From Corynebacterium amycolatum (GTDB taxonomy: Bacteria; Actinomycetota; Actinomycetes; Mycobacteriales; Mycobacteriaceae), in NCBI RefSeq assembly GCF_049243625.1, contig NZ_CP046975.1: a stretch of DNA of 32,000 bases. One strand, written 5' to 3'. This document shows, in pieces, positions 14,879 through 24,185 of this stretch (its first letter is position 1; each line of letters begins with the position of its first letter). Below the pieces are notes generated by a model that worked only from the letters and a program-made list of their open reading frames with translations, was not told the origin of the DNA and ran no database searches. A program made the translations under genes and the position numbers.

Positions 14879-16366
14879 TCAGGCGATAACAAGGTTAACA
14901 ACGTAGTTGCGATCAGCGAGCTCACCAAGCAGCGCCTCGGGCTCGAAGCCGTACATCGCCCAACGGGCACGCGCAGTCCACGCAAGCGCATCTTCACTGC
15001 TCAAACGATGGAAATTAACCTGGTAACCACCGGAATAGACATGCAGCAGCGTGTAGCCACCGGGGTATGCCTTGCACGCGCCGGTCTCCAAATAATCAAC
15101 GCCGGCACCAAAATCACCGCGAGTACGCTTTGCACGGTGGGTGTGACCTGCTCCCGCGAAGAATACACCCGAAGCGTCGTTAAGCAGCTGCTGCAAACGT
15201 CGTGCATCAGCGCTATTGAGAATGAATATGGGGCCGGCAGCATTTGTCCAGCCAGCCTCAGAAGTAATTGGGTGATGAGCCAGCACAACCGTCGGCTTGT
15301 TGGGGTCGCGCTGTAGTTCTTGCTCTAGTGCATCGAACTGTCCCGGGCTAATCTCGCCACCGGACTGATCCAATTTCGACGAATCCAGACCGATGACGCG
15401 GACCGGCCCCTGCTGAGTGACCCACAGTTCTTGTCGCGGACGCCCCAGTAGGACTCCGAAGGGATCGCGATGATCTTCGGTGCCCTCCAAAACCGGGAAT
15501 TCGTCGTAGCCAGCAGACGGATCGGCATCTGGCTTATGCGGACGATCGTGATTTCCGCGGGTGACAAACCACTGCTGCCCCTGAGCGCCAAAAGTATTCA
15601 TAATCTCGGCAAATCGACGTACCTCCACCGGACGTGCCTCCGACGTGGCATCACCGTTGATGAAAACCCTTTCAATACCCATCCCCCGAAGCTCAGCGAG
15701 GGCAGCCGTCAACATGACCTCGGGGTACGGTGCGGCACCGGCTTCAGGGAAAATAGGTGCAGGCAAATTGCCGACAACAATACCGTGCCCGTTTTCGCCG
15801 ATATGCGTGTCGTTGAGGATGGCAATCGTGGTCAGATACTCCCCCTCCGGAGCGACCAACGTCGTGAACCGTCCAGTTTGTTCAGGCGTATCGGGGAGGT
15901 TTCGGGTAATTAATCCCGGCTCGGCGACCAGCCCATTCGATCGACATTCGAAACGGTACGTGGTTCCAGGCCGCAGCTTATCGACGGTCACAAAGTGGTA
16001 GCCAACCTGCGCCTCGTCCTTATACACCACGGGCAGCTCGCCGCCCTCATCAGCGTCGACTGGCACTAGCGCAACTTCAGTATCGGCCGGTGCCAGTGGA
16101 GCCAGCTTCCCCCACGCTGGATGTGGGCCTGCATACGTCGCCCACGAAAATGTCACTGACGTATCGGTCACGGTCACGACTTCCAGATCCGTCACCACGA
16201 GGCCACTGGTCAAACCTGTTAATGGAAACGGCGCCTGGTTCGGAGCCGCCGATGCAACTGCTCGCGTCCCGACGCTATTGACGGCCACCGCTACCGCTCC
16301 CGCTGCTGCTCCCAAGCGCAATACGGATCGCCGATTAATTTTCTTATTCCCATTTACCGAAGTCAT
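14879..16366 (-). CDS. Tat-signal metallophosphoesterase (purple-acid-phosphatase-like), paralog B
   Basis: Twin-arginine motif NRRSVLRLGAAAGAVAVA. Motifs NDTH, NGDATS, RGNHD, AHHP and GHTHRA are present. It is colinear with paralog A, sharing VTVTDTSV.F.WATY, YRFEC, WFVTRGNHD, YPGGYT and LAW. Confidence 0.88.
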   Translation of the reverse strand: MTSVNGNKKINRRSVLRLGAAAGAVAVAVNSVGTRAVASAAPNQAPFPLTGLTSGLVVTDLEVVTVTDTSVTFSWATYAGPHPAWGKLAPLAPADTEVALVPVDADEGGELPVVYKDEAQVGYHFVTVDKLRPGTTYRFECRSNGLVAEPGLITRNLPDTPEQTGRFTTLVAPEGEYLTTIAILNDTHIGENGHGIVVGNLPAPIFPEAGAAPYPEVMLTAALAELRGMGIERVFINGDATSEARPVEVRRFAEIMNTFGAQGQQWFVTRGNHDRPHKPDADPSAGYDEFPVLEGTEDHRDPFGVLLGRPRQELWVTQQGPVRVIGLDSSKLDQSGGEISPGQFDALEQELQRDPNKPTVVLAHHPITSEAGWTNAAGPIFILNSADARRLQQLLNDASGVFFAGAGHTHRAKRTRGDFGAGVDYLETGACKAYPGGYTLLHVYSGGYQVNFHRLSSEDALAWTARARWAMYGFEPEALLGELADRNYVVNLVIA

Positions 16367-16393
16367 GGGTGAAGAAATTACGGGATAAAGATA

Positions 16394-16415
16394 ATCCCGG
16401 TGATAACACCGGGAT
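16394..16415 (-). terminator. Candidate lysS terminator hairpin
   Basis: A 9-bp stem, atcccggtg / caccgggat, with an ataa loop. On the minus-strand RNA it is followed by UUAUCUUUAU. It lies 83 nt downstream of the lysS stop. Confidence 0.4.
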
Positions 16416-16497
16416 AACTACACATGAATTCGCCGACCAGCCGTAATTTTCCGGCTGACCACTACTTGAATAACTTCATGCTAAAAAGAAGCGTCGC

Positions 16498-18030
16498 TTA
16501 CGCTTCCGGCTTCACAATCGGGAACAGCACGGTTTCGCGAATACCGAGACCGGTCAAGGCCATCAGCAGGCGGTCAATGCCCATACCCACACCGGTCGTC
16601 GGCGGCATGCCCTGTTCCATTGCGTGCAGGAAGTCCTCGTCTAGAACCATGGCCTCGTCGTCGCCACCGGCGGCCAGTCGCGCCTGGTCCTCGAAGCGCT
16701 CACGCTGGACAACCGGGTCAACCAGCTCGGAGTAGCCGGTAGCCAGCTCGAAGCCACGGACGTAAAGATCCCACTTCTCGGTCACGCCCGGCTTGGAGCG
16801 GTGCTGACGAGTCAGCGGAGAGGTCTCGACCGGGAAGTCGCGGACGAAAATAGGACCGTCGAGCTGATCTTCACAGAGCAGCTCCCAGATTTCCTCGACC
16901 AGCTTGCCGTGGCCCCAGCCGCCCTTCTCCGGAACCTCAAGTCCAATCACGTCGGCGATTGCTTTTAGCTCCTCGACGGTCGAGTCGATGGTGACTTCCG
17001 GCTGACCAGGGAACTTGCGAGCAAGTGCCTCGTTCAGCGACGGGTACATCTCAATCTGCTTCCACTCGCCGCCGAAGTCGAACTCCGTGCCGTCGGCAAG
17101 CGTAACGGTCGTCGAACCGAAGACCGCGACGCAGATTTCCTGAATGACCTCGCGGACGGTGCGGGCGGAGTCATCGTAGGTGCCGAAGGCCTCGTAGTAC
17201 TCCAGCATCGCGAACTCCGGGCTGTGCGAGGAGTCGATGCCCTCGTTACGGAAGTTACGGTTAATCTCAAAGACTCGCTCCATACCGCCGACGACGCAGC
17301 GCTTGAGGAAAAGCTCCGGCGCGATACGCAGGTAGAGATCAATGTCCAAAGCGTTGGAATGAGTCACGAATGGACGTGCAGCTGCACCGCCGTGCAGAGT
17401 CTGCAACATCGGGGTTTCGACCTCGAGGAAACCGCGACGTTCAAGGGCGTGGCGCAGCTCGCGGATGACCTTGATGCGAGTCAGTGCGTTAGTACGAGCC
17501 TGCTCACGCATAATCAGGTCCGTGTAACGGTGACGCACACGGCTGTCCTCGGACAGATCAGCGAACGACACCGGCAATGGACGCAGAGCCTTCGAGGCCA
17601 TCTGCCACTTGGTAGCCATTACGGACAACTCGCCGCGGCGCGAAGAAATTACGCGGCCAGTAATGAGGACGAAGTCGCCCATATCTACGTCCGACTTCCA
17701 AGCAGCCAGGGCGTCCTCGCCGACCTCAGCCTTGGAAAGCATGGCCTGCAGGGTCGTGCCGTCGCCCTCCTGCAGAGCGGCAAAGCAGAGCTTGCCGGTA
17801 TTACGGATAAACATGACACGACCAATGACGGTCACGACATCCTGAGTCTCCTCGCCGGCCTCGAGGTGGCCCCACTCTTCGCGGACATCCTTGAGAGAGT
17901 GCGTACGGGGAACCTCGACCGGGTACGGCTGAATTCCAGCCTCGAGCAGGCGGTCACGCTTCTCGCGTCGAATGCGCAGCTGCTCAGGAACGGTGGCGGT
18001 GTTTTCAGGGGTCTTCTTCGCGTCAGTCAC
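16498..18030 (-). CDS. lysS: Lysine--tRNA ligase (class II)
   Basis: Full-length class II LysRS-like sequence, including [15 protein letters not shown], an OB anticodon-binding region, [17 protein letters not shown] and GMGIDRL. I chose the GTG at 18030 (510 aa). The ORF-track start at 18198 would overlap the upstream gene by ~100 nt with non-LysRS sequence. Confidence 0.96.
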   Translation of the reverse strand: MTDAKKTPENTATVPEQLRIRREKRDRLLEAGIQPYPVEVPRTHSLKDVREEWGHLEAGEETQDVVTVIGRVMFIRNTGKLCFAALQEGDGTTLQAMLSKAEVGEDALAAWKSDVDMGDFVLITGRVISSRRGELSVMATKWQMASKALRPLPVSFADLSEDSRVRHRYTDLIMREQARTNALTRIKVIRELRHALERRGFLEVETPMLQTLHGGAAARPFVTHSNALDIDLYLRIAPELFLKRCVVGGMERVFEINRNFRNEGIDSSHSPEFAMLEYYEAFGTYDDSARTVREVIQEICVAVFGSTTVTLADGTEFDFGGEWKQIEMYPSLNEALARKFPGQPEVTIDSTVEELKAIADVIGLEVPEKGGWGHGKLVEEIWELLCEDQLDGPIFVRDFPVETSPLTRQHRSKPGVTEKWDLYVRGFELATGYSELVDPVVQRERFEDQARLAAGGDDEAMVLDEDFLHAMEQGMPPTTGVGMGIDRLLMALTGLGIRETVLFPIVKPEA

Positions 18031-18100
18031 GGCTATAAAGGTTAGCCGACTACACCGCCGACCTGCTACTCGCCCGGCTCTTTGCGAAATACTCAGCGCA

Positions 18101-19663
18101 CTACTCCCCCGCCTGCCGCCAACCTCGACGAATATCCTCCACAATTCGAGGATGAGCCAGTGTCGACGGTTCCAATTGTTGCGGACCGTTATCAGCACCG
18201 AACACAGCCGCAGCCCGAGCCACGTCAGGAGTGAGGAATTTCAGCGGCGGGGCGCCGTCGTAAAGCTCGAGCGTAGGAGGCTCAGGCTCGGCCTGCGCGA
18301 GTACAAACCCCCAGTCCCCGAAGGTGGGAACATGCACATGGTACGGAGTGGTCGACCAGCCTGCGGCACGAATCGAGCTGTCGGTGCGCCAGAAGGCCTG
18401 CGGCGTCGAAAATGGCGAACCCGACTGCACCACCAGCTTCGCGCCCGGCGCGGCCACCGTACGGATTAACCCGTAAAACTCCTGAGAGTAAAGCTTGGCT
18501 AACACTGCGTTGTCGGGATCGGGAAGATCTGCGTAGATGGCGTCGAATTTTTGCGTCTGGGTCTTGCCACGTGCCTGATCGTGGAGCCATGCGAAAGCAT
18601 CCGCAGTAACCTTCTCCACTCGGGGATTGTCCAGGCTGCCGCCGTTATCTTCCCGCAGCACAGTGCGGGCGACCTCGATGACGTCCGGATCCAGATCGAC
18701 CTGAACAATGCGCTCGATGTTGGGCATCCGCAGCAGCTCCCGGGCAGCCAGCCCATCTCCCCCGCCGAGAATCAATGCCGACTTCGTGTCTTTATCCACC
18801 GCCGGGTAGACCAGCGACTCGGTGTAGCGGTACTCGTCACGACTGGAGTACTGCAGTCCCCCGTCGAGATAAAGCCGCCGGTCCCCGCCAAATCGGGTGA
18901 CGACGATGTCCTGGTACTTCGAGTGCTTGGCAAAAACAATGGGTTGGGCGTAGAGCGACTGCCGGGCGGTCGCCTCGATGTCCCGGATTCCGGCCAGCAA
19001 CGCAACCAACCCAACCAGCGCCGCGACGAGGGCGGCGACAGCTGTGACAAGTGCCCGGCGGGACAACATCTGCTTCAGTAGCAGCGCGGCAATTACCAAT
19101 GCCGCGGTGACGTTGATCAGTCCGGCGATGGCAGTGGCCTTCAGCATTCCCACTGTAGGCAGGAGCACAAACGGCCAGATTAAACCGCCGACCAAGGCTC
19201 CGAAGTAGTCCGCGGCGTTGAGATTCGCCAGCACGCGACCGGTGTCCTCTGCGGAGGACGTCCGACCGGTCTGCAGAAGTGTCATGAGTAACGGCACCTC
19301 GGCGCCAACCAGCGTTCCGATTATGAAAGTGGCAGCGACCAATGCTCCTAGGCTCTCACCTGTAACCGAAAATACCCAGTACAGGGCGGTTGCGGACACA
19401 CCGCCGAGCAAACCCAAAGCACACTCGATACCGAGGAAAGACACCGCGGCACGGCGCACAAACGGTTTCGCCACGACGGCGCCAAAACCCAGCGCTGCGA
19501 CATAACCGGCCACAATCAGGGAATTCGCAACGACGTCACCGCGGCCAAGAGAAGCCGACAGCGCCAGTAGCGCCAGCTCATAGACCAGGCCGCAGGCAGC
19601 GCAGGCCGCCACAGAGCCCAGCAGGAGAGCCCGCCAACGCCGGGAAGTCGTGGTGGTCTCCAT
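18101..19663 (-). CDS. speE: Polyamine aminopropyltransferase (spermidine synthase-like) fused to an N-terminal polytopic membrane domain
   Basis: 520 aa. The N-terminal ~215 aa holds about 7 hydrophobic helices. The C-terminal domain has spermidine-synthase motifs [27 protein letters not shown] and [10 protein letters not shown]. The ATG directly abuts the upstream TAG (19664/19663). Confidence 0.9.
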   Translation of the reverse strand: METTTTSRRWRALLLGSVAACAACGLVYELALLALSASLGRGDVVANSLIVAGYVAALGFGAVVAKPFVRRAAVSFLGIECALGLLGGVSATALYWVFSVTGESLGALVAATFIIGTLVGAEVPLLMTLLQTGRTSSAEDTGRVLANLNAADYFGALVGGLIWPFVLLPTVGMLKATAIAGLINVTAALVIAALLLKQMLSRRALVTAVAALVAALVGLVALLAGIRDIEATARQSLYAQPIVFAKHSKYQDIVVTRFGGDRRLYLDGGLQYSSRDEYRYTESLVYPAVDKDTKSALILGGGDGLAARELLRMPNIERIVQVDLDPDVIEVARTVLREDNGGSLDNPRVEKVTADAFAWLHDQARGKTQTQKFDAIYADLPDPDNAVLAKLYSQEFYGLIRTVAAPGAKLVVQSGSPFSTPQAFWRTDSSIRAAGWSTTPYHVHVPTFGDWGFVLAQAEPEPPTLELYDGAPPLKFLTPDVARAAAVFGADNGPQQLEPSTLAHPRIVEDIRRGWRQAGE

Positions 19664-20173
19664 CTATGACAGCGCCACCGCGTTAATCACACCGATAACG
19701 ATGAAGGCGGTCGCAGCCAACGCCGCTCGGGGGCGTACTTTCGCGTCCATCACGACATCACGGAAGCGCCCCGGAATCAGGGCTTCCAGCACCAGCAGCG
19801 ATGCTGCCTGCAGCACAATGCCGAGGGCACCGTAGACGAGGGTCTCCCCCAGGCCAATCATCAGGGCGTCGTCGGATGCGCGGATTACCGAAACGACAAT
19901 GCAGGCCAGCGCAATCTGCTGTGAGCCCGCTATCATCGCGGCGCCCGCACGGTTTTCGAGAAACACCAGGTCGCGCAGTTTCCCAGGGGTAATCAGATCA
20001 AGGACAATGAATCCGACTACAAGCACTAGGGCACCCGCAAGGAAGTAACCGATGGTGGCCGGTACTCCGACGGCCAGATGCTCGCCCACTGTTGACTGCG
20101 CTGTCTCTGATGTCTCCGACTGCGCCGTGAGGATAGCCGTCCCGGTGGTGGCCATGTACGTTACTGGTCCCAT
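19664..20173 (-). CDS. DUF350-like integral membrane protein (two repeats)
   Basis: 169 aa. The ATG at 20173 has GGAGGAG upstream, 2 nt after the upstream stop. It has four hydrophobic helices and a duplicated motif, LDLITPGKLRD / LEALIPGRFRD. Family assignment is from memory. Confidence 0.85.
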   Translation of the reverse strand: MGPVTYMATTGTAILTAQSETSETAQSTVGEHLAVGVPATIGYFLAGALVLVVGFIVLDLITPGKLRDLVFLENRAGAAMIAGSQQIALACIVVSVIRASDDALMIGLGETLVYGALGIVLQAASLLVLEALIPGRFRDVVMDAKVRPRAALAATAFIVIGVINAVALS

Positions 20174-20175
20174 GT

Positions 20176-20640
20176 TTATTTCGCTCCTCCGAATGATCCG
20201 GCCGATCCACCCGAACCGCCGGAGGGGGCGGAGGGACCGAAACCGGGGCCGAGATAGATGAAGTGCCCACCCGAATAGCGGCCACTAAGTGATTCTCTGG
20301 TTATCAGGCACGTGTCCTTCGACCCTGCCTCAGGGGTCTGACGCGAAACGATGAACAGGTGCTTCTTCGTCCTCAGGTACGCCGCCCCGCCATCTTCGTT
20401 GTAGGCCTGTGGCTTGATCTCTTCTTTCAGCTCACGCCCCACCTCAATGGGGTCGCGATCGCCACAGGTCCAACGTCGATCAATTCCGCTGCTGACCTGC
20501 GTCGCAGATGCTGCGCCGGGCGCGGACTGATAGCGCTCGCTAATCCTCTCTTCCGCAGATTTCCCGCCGACGAAGAAACCAGCCAGCGTGACCATAATGC
20601 CGACAACGATCAGTGCGTAACCAATACTTCCGCGTCCCAT
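20176..20640 (-). CDS. DUF4247-like membrane-anchored protein
   Basis: The ATG at 20640 (AAGGGAGG 11 nt upstream) is preferred to the GTG at 20652; this gives 154 aa. It has one N-terminal TM helix and a Gly-rich C-terminus, GPGFGPSAPSGGSGGSAGSFGGAK. Assignment rests on synteny with the Rv2597-Rv2601 type cluster and is not verified. Confidence 0.7.
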   Translation of the reverse strand: MGRGSIGYALIVVGIMVTLAGFFVGGKSAEERISERYQSAPGAASATQVSSGIDRRWTCGDRDPIEVGRELKEEIKPQAYNEDGGAAYLRTKKHLFIVSRQTPEAGSKDTCLITRESLSGRYSGGHFIYLGPGFGPSAPSGGSGGSAGSFGGAK

Positions 20641-20644
20641 AGAC

Positions 20645-21196
20645 TCAGGCACCTCCCTTTACGCGGTCTGCCTCAGCCCCATGGTTACCAGCAACGGCAG
20701 TCCAAGTATTCGACGTCCACACGAGCTGCCCCGGCGGGTAGCCGTGCCACGTATCCCAGCGATACCCCTGCTCAATCGGCTCCGCAGACAACACAGTCAG
20801 CGCGCCGGGAGAACCGGGAAACTCTGCGACGACCGAATGGGGATGTCCCGCTCCGAACTCACGCCGTAAAGCATTTGCGCGCTGAGCGAAGGCTTCTGGC
20901 GAGAGGTTCTCCACACGAGCTTTCACCATCACGCCCGCCCCGCTCAGAGGCACACCGTGTGTCGCAGTACAGGAAATCTCCTCGGTAAAGCACGGGTTCT
21001 CCCGCTTACCGACGAAAACCACATGCGACGCTCCGAGGACACCGAGCGTCAGCGACGGTGTTTTGCCGTCGGGGTGTGAGATAACCGCCTCGCAGAGGGT
21101 GTCCGGGACTTGGCCGTCAAAAGCAACGCGGAGTTGCTCCGCAGCGGTGTCTTTGAACGGCACATCTAGAATTGCCAGCGACATAGTGACCGTCAC
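20645..21196 (-). CDS. DUF2617-like cytoplasmic protein (hypothetical)
   Basis: 183-aa ORF with no hydrophobic helices. The GTG at 21196 overlaps the upstream TAG by 1 nt; an alternative ATG is at 21184. Family assignment is by position in the conserved cluster only. Confidence 0.65.
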   Translation of the reverse strand: MTVTMSLAILDVPFKDTAAEQLRVAFDGQVPDTLCEAVISHPDGKTPSLTLGVLGASHVVFVGKRENPCFTEEISCTATHGVPLSGAGVMVKARVENLSPEAFAQRANALRREFGAGHPHSVVAEFPGSPGALTVLSAEPIEQGYRWDTWHGYPPGQLVWTSNTWTAVAGNHGAEADRVKGGA

Positions 21197-21825
21197 TAGC
21201 GATTGTCCGTGTCCGGATTATGGTCCGGCGCTGCCATAACATCAATCTCACCGGGAAGAATCCTAATACCGGTGGATGCCTCCCACATCGAGTCACCGTA
21301 GCGTTCCAGTCCGAGCAAGCGACCGTCACCGGACTTGTAGTCGACGAAGTCCGTAGCCCCCTCGGGCGGCAGCCCAGTGGTGCCAATCGCGGTGTAGCGG
21401 GCGGTCCCCCGCTCTTCCTCCCAGTACTCCACACCGTCGACAACGATGGGATTAGCTGGTTTGAAGCTACCTGGAAGCTTGCGCCACCAGGTGAGGATGA
21501 CTTCACCCTCATCTTCCTCAACGCCGAACCAAGAACCATCTGCCCCACCGTCGACGAGATGTTCCCACCAGCGGAACGGTCCCTGAGAGAGCTCAAGTGA
21601 TCCGCGCACAACATGAGAGGCACCACCGTAGTTCAGGATTGCGCCCGGTGCGACAGAGGTTGGGCCGTACTTGCGGTACTCATCAGTCATCAGTGGATCG
21701 ACGAAGCGCTCCCGATCAGACCCCGGAACCTGAGTATTCCGACGCGCTACAACAACGACGATGACCCCGATGACAACGAGGATGATGCCGATTATGACAA
21801 TGCTGTTCACTAGGATTAATCCCAT
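21196..21825 (-). CDS. DUF4178-like protein with N-terminal TM helix
   Basis: 209 aa. N-terminal helix LILVNSIVIIGIILVVIGVIVVVVA, then a Trp-rich beta-type domain (FRWWEHL, SWFGVEEDEGEVILTWW, VEYWEEERG). First gene of the five-gene operon. Confidence 0.75.
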   Translation of the reverse strand: MGLILVNSIVIIGIILVVIGVIVVVVARRNTQVPGSDRERFVDPLMTDEYRKYGPTSVAPGAILNYGGASHVVRGSLELSQGPFRWWEHLVDGGADGSWFGVEEDEGEVILTWWRKLPGSFKPANPIVVDGVEYWEEERGTARYTAIGTTGLPPEGATDFVDYKSGDGRLLGLERYGDSMWEASTGIRILPGEIDVMAAPDHNPDTDNR

Positions 21826-21881
21826 CGATAGTGTGGTGGCGCTGAGAAAACGCCCGATTACTAACTTTCTACCGAATACAG

Positions 21882-21927
21882 TCGCGGCGCGTCGTCGAAC
21901 ATTATTTTCGTTCGAGACGCGCCGCGA
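21882..21927 (-). terminator. GC-rich hairpin downstream of the PhoX-family gene
   Basis: tcgcggcgcgtcgtcgaac (21882-21900) pairs with gttcgagacgcgccgcga (21910-21927) with one bulge, giving about 18 bp. It lies 54 nt after the stop at 21981. There is no clean U-tract. Confidence 0.5.
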
Positions 21928-21980
21928 TAGGTCTACGCGCTAATCCGCGCGTTTTTGCTTAGCTCCTTGCCAAGGGCAAC

Positions 21981-24185
21981 CTACACACCAATCTTCTTGC
22001 CATCAGTGCGTACAACCTGAACGACTGCCGGGCGTGGCTGCTCCTTGCCACCGTCCGGCCAGTGCGAGGTCGGGTTGGTGGTCGGGTCCGGGTTGTCGCC
22101 GACCGGGTGGCCCTGATCCGTTTCAATCTCGCCCGGGTGCTGGACGTTGACCATCACGCGGTTGGAGAAGATTTGCGGACCACAGGTCTCAGCAGCAACC
22201 GGAACAGTCAGGAAGCACTTGGTCTCACCACGACGCTCGCCTTCGACAGCAACGGCGAACAGGCCGTCGTTGGAGTCCAGGGCGTTACCGTCGGTGGAAA
22301 CCCACAGGTTACCGTACTCGTCGAAGGTGACGTTGTCCGGGCAGGAAATTGGCGAGACCGATTCCTTGTCGAAGCCACCGAAGTAGGTGTAAGCCTCGTT
22401 CGGGTCACCGCAGACCAGCAGAAGGTTCCACTTGCCCTTGGTACCAGCGTGGTCATCTTCCATCTCCAGAACAAGGCCATTCTTGTTCTCGGTGATTGGT
22501 GCAACCTCAGTCGCACCCTCATAGGGGCGCCCTGCGCCATCAGTCTTCTTGGCGGCCTTGTTGTCCTGGGTCTTGCCAGAGCTATCCGGGCTCGCCTTAC
22601 CGCGGTACTTGTTGTTGGTCAGCGCCACGTAGACCTTACCGGTCTTCGGGGACGGCTCGATATCCTCCGGGCGATCCATGCGAGTCGCACCGACCTTGTC
22701 ACCGGCGATGCGGGTGTAGATGCAGACCTCTTCGGCGGTCATGCCATCAACGTGGGACTCGTGCTTGCCGTCTGCCTTGGCGGTCATCAGCGGAAGCCAC
22801 TCAATGTCACCGTCGAAACGGCCGTCCTTCGGCAGCTCACCGGAGCCGTCAATCTCGGACTCGGAATTACCGTTGAACTTACCGACGTAGAGCGTGCCCT
22901 CGGACAGAATGCCCATGTTGTGCTTGAGGTCGCCTTCCTTAACCTTGCGGGAAGAGACGAACTTGTAGATGTACTCGAAACGCTCGTCGTCGCCGGAGTA
23001 GCACACAACCGTGCCGTCGTCGGTGACGTAAATCTGACCGGCTTCATGCTTGAAACGACCCAGTGCGGTGTGCTTGACCGGGGTGGAGTTCGGGTCAGAT
23101 GGGTCAATCTCCACCAGCCAGAAGAAGCGGTTCGGCTCATTCGGCTCCTTGGAGACATCGAAGCGGTCGTAGTACTTCTCCCACGCGCGATCGGACAGCT
23201 CTTCATTCTTGACCGAGTAGCGCTTGAGCTTCTTAACTGTGTCCTCGTCCTTGAGCTTGCCAACGTTGCCGAAGTACTGGTCGACGTTCTCCTCGCCGGA
23301 CAGGTAGGTACCCCACGGAGTAACACCACCGGAGCAGTTGTTCAAAGTTCCCTCGACCTTCATACCGCTCGGGTCAGCCTTGGTCTTCAGCAGATCGTGA
23401 CCAGCAGCCGGACCGTCAACTGTGAACTCGGTGAAGCCAGTGATACGACGGTTACGCTTGTCGCTCAGGATCGGCTTCAGGAATCCCTTGTCATCCTCTT
23501 CCACAGCAAGGATGGTCTGCCCGTGGGCAGCCAGTCCGATGTCGACCTGCTCCTTAGTGGCATCTTCCTTCTTGTAGGCACGGAACATCATCGGCTCAGT
23601 GGTGTACTCGTGCGAGCAGACGTACAGCAGTGTGCCGTCTTCAGCCTTAATCAGGCCAGCGAAGTCATTGTTGAAGCCGAACTGCTTCAGCTGGTTTTCC
23701 GGAGTCTGCTTGTCAAAGTCGAACTCCGGGCCACCTTCGTGGATTGGGTCGCCCCAGCGAATCAGAACATTCTGCTCGTAGCCGTCCGGGATAACGACTG
23801 CGTCTTCCGTGTTCGGCTTAACGGCGTCGAAACGCATACCCTCCGGCGATTCGCCCTTGCTACCGTCACCGGCAGCAGTGGTACCGGAGGCATCGGAGCC
23901 ACCTGCGGCACTGCCCGAATCATCAGAGGAGCAAGCGGCCAGCACGGCGCCACCGCCGACCGCAAGAGCACTAGCACCAGTGACCTTCAGTGCAGCACGA
24001 CGGGAGAATGCGCGCTGGGAGAATGCCTGCTTCGCAACATCACCGAAGTACTGGTTGTCAGAGAACTCATTCGGAGCATCGTCAGCACAAGCATTACCAC
24101 ACTTGTAAGTGCAGGTCAGGGAGCTGCGAGAGGTAGCAAACGGATTTGTCAGCAGATTCTTGCCAATACGAACCACGGGGGACAC
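21981..24185 (-). CDS. phoX: PhoX-family (DUF839) phosphatase, Tat-exported lipoprotein
   Basis: 734 aa. Twin-arginine motif SRRAALKV is followed by the lipobox LAAC. PhoX/DUF839-type beta-propeller signatures are present: NCSGGVTPWGTYLSGEEN, RFKHEAG, RMDRPEDIEPSPKTGKVYVALTNN and PDNVTFDEYGNLWVSTDG. Confidence 0.88.
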   Translation of the reverse strand: MSPVVRIGKNLLTNPFATSRSSLTCTYKCGNACADDAPNEFSDNQYFGDVAKQAFSQRAFSRRAALKVTGASALAVGGGAVLAACSSDDSGSAAGGSDASGTTAAGDGSKGESPEGMRFDAVKPNTEDAVVIPDGYEQNVLIRWGDPIHEGGPEFDFDKQTPENQLKQFGFNNDFAGLIKAEDGTLLYVCSHEYTTEPMMFRAYKKEDATKEQVDIGLAAHGQTILAVEEDDKGFLKPILSDKRNRRITGFTEFTVDGPAAGHDLLKTKADPSGMKVEGTLNNCSGGVTPWGTYLSGEENVDQYFGNVGKLKDEDTVKKLKRYSVKNEELSDRAWEKYYDRFDVSKEPNEPNRFFWLVEIDPSDPNSTPVKHTALGRFKHEAGQIYVTDDGTVVCYSGDDERFEYIYKFVSSRKVKEGDLKHNMGILSEGTLYVGKFNGNSESEIDGSGELPKDGRFDGDIEWLPLMTAKADGKHESHVDGMTAEEVCIYTRIAGDKVGATRMDRPEDIEPSPKTGKVYVALTNNKYRGKASPDSSGKTQDNKAAKKTDGAGRPYEGATEVAPITENKNGLVLEMEDDHAGTKGKWNLLLVCGDPNEAYTYFGGFDKESVSPISCPDNVTFDEYGNLWVSTDGNALDSNDGLFAVAVEGERRGETKCFLTVPVAAETCGPQIFSNRVMVNVQHPGEIETDQGHPVGDNPDPTTNPTSHWPDGGKEQPRPAVVQVVRTDGKKIGV

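Noticed and set aside
18031-18198. N-terminal extension of the lysS ORF back to 18198 (566 aa)
   Set aside because: The extra 56 residues are Arg/Trp-rich and not LysRS-like. They would also overlap the 3' end of the speE-like gene by ~100 nt. The GTG at 18030 gives an N-terminus colinear with known LysRS proteins.
21935-21952. Small hairpin ACGCGC/GCGCGT followed by TTTTT on the plus strand
   Set aside because: It looks like a plus-strand terminator, but no plus-strand gene ends here. On the relevant minus strand it has no U-tract. The larger 18-bp hairpin at 21882-21927 is the better terminator candidate.
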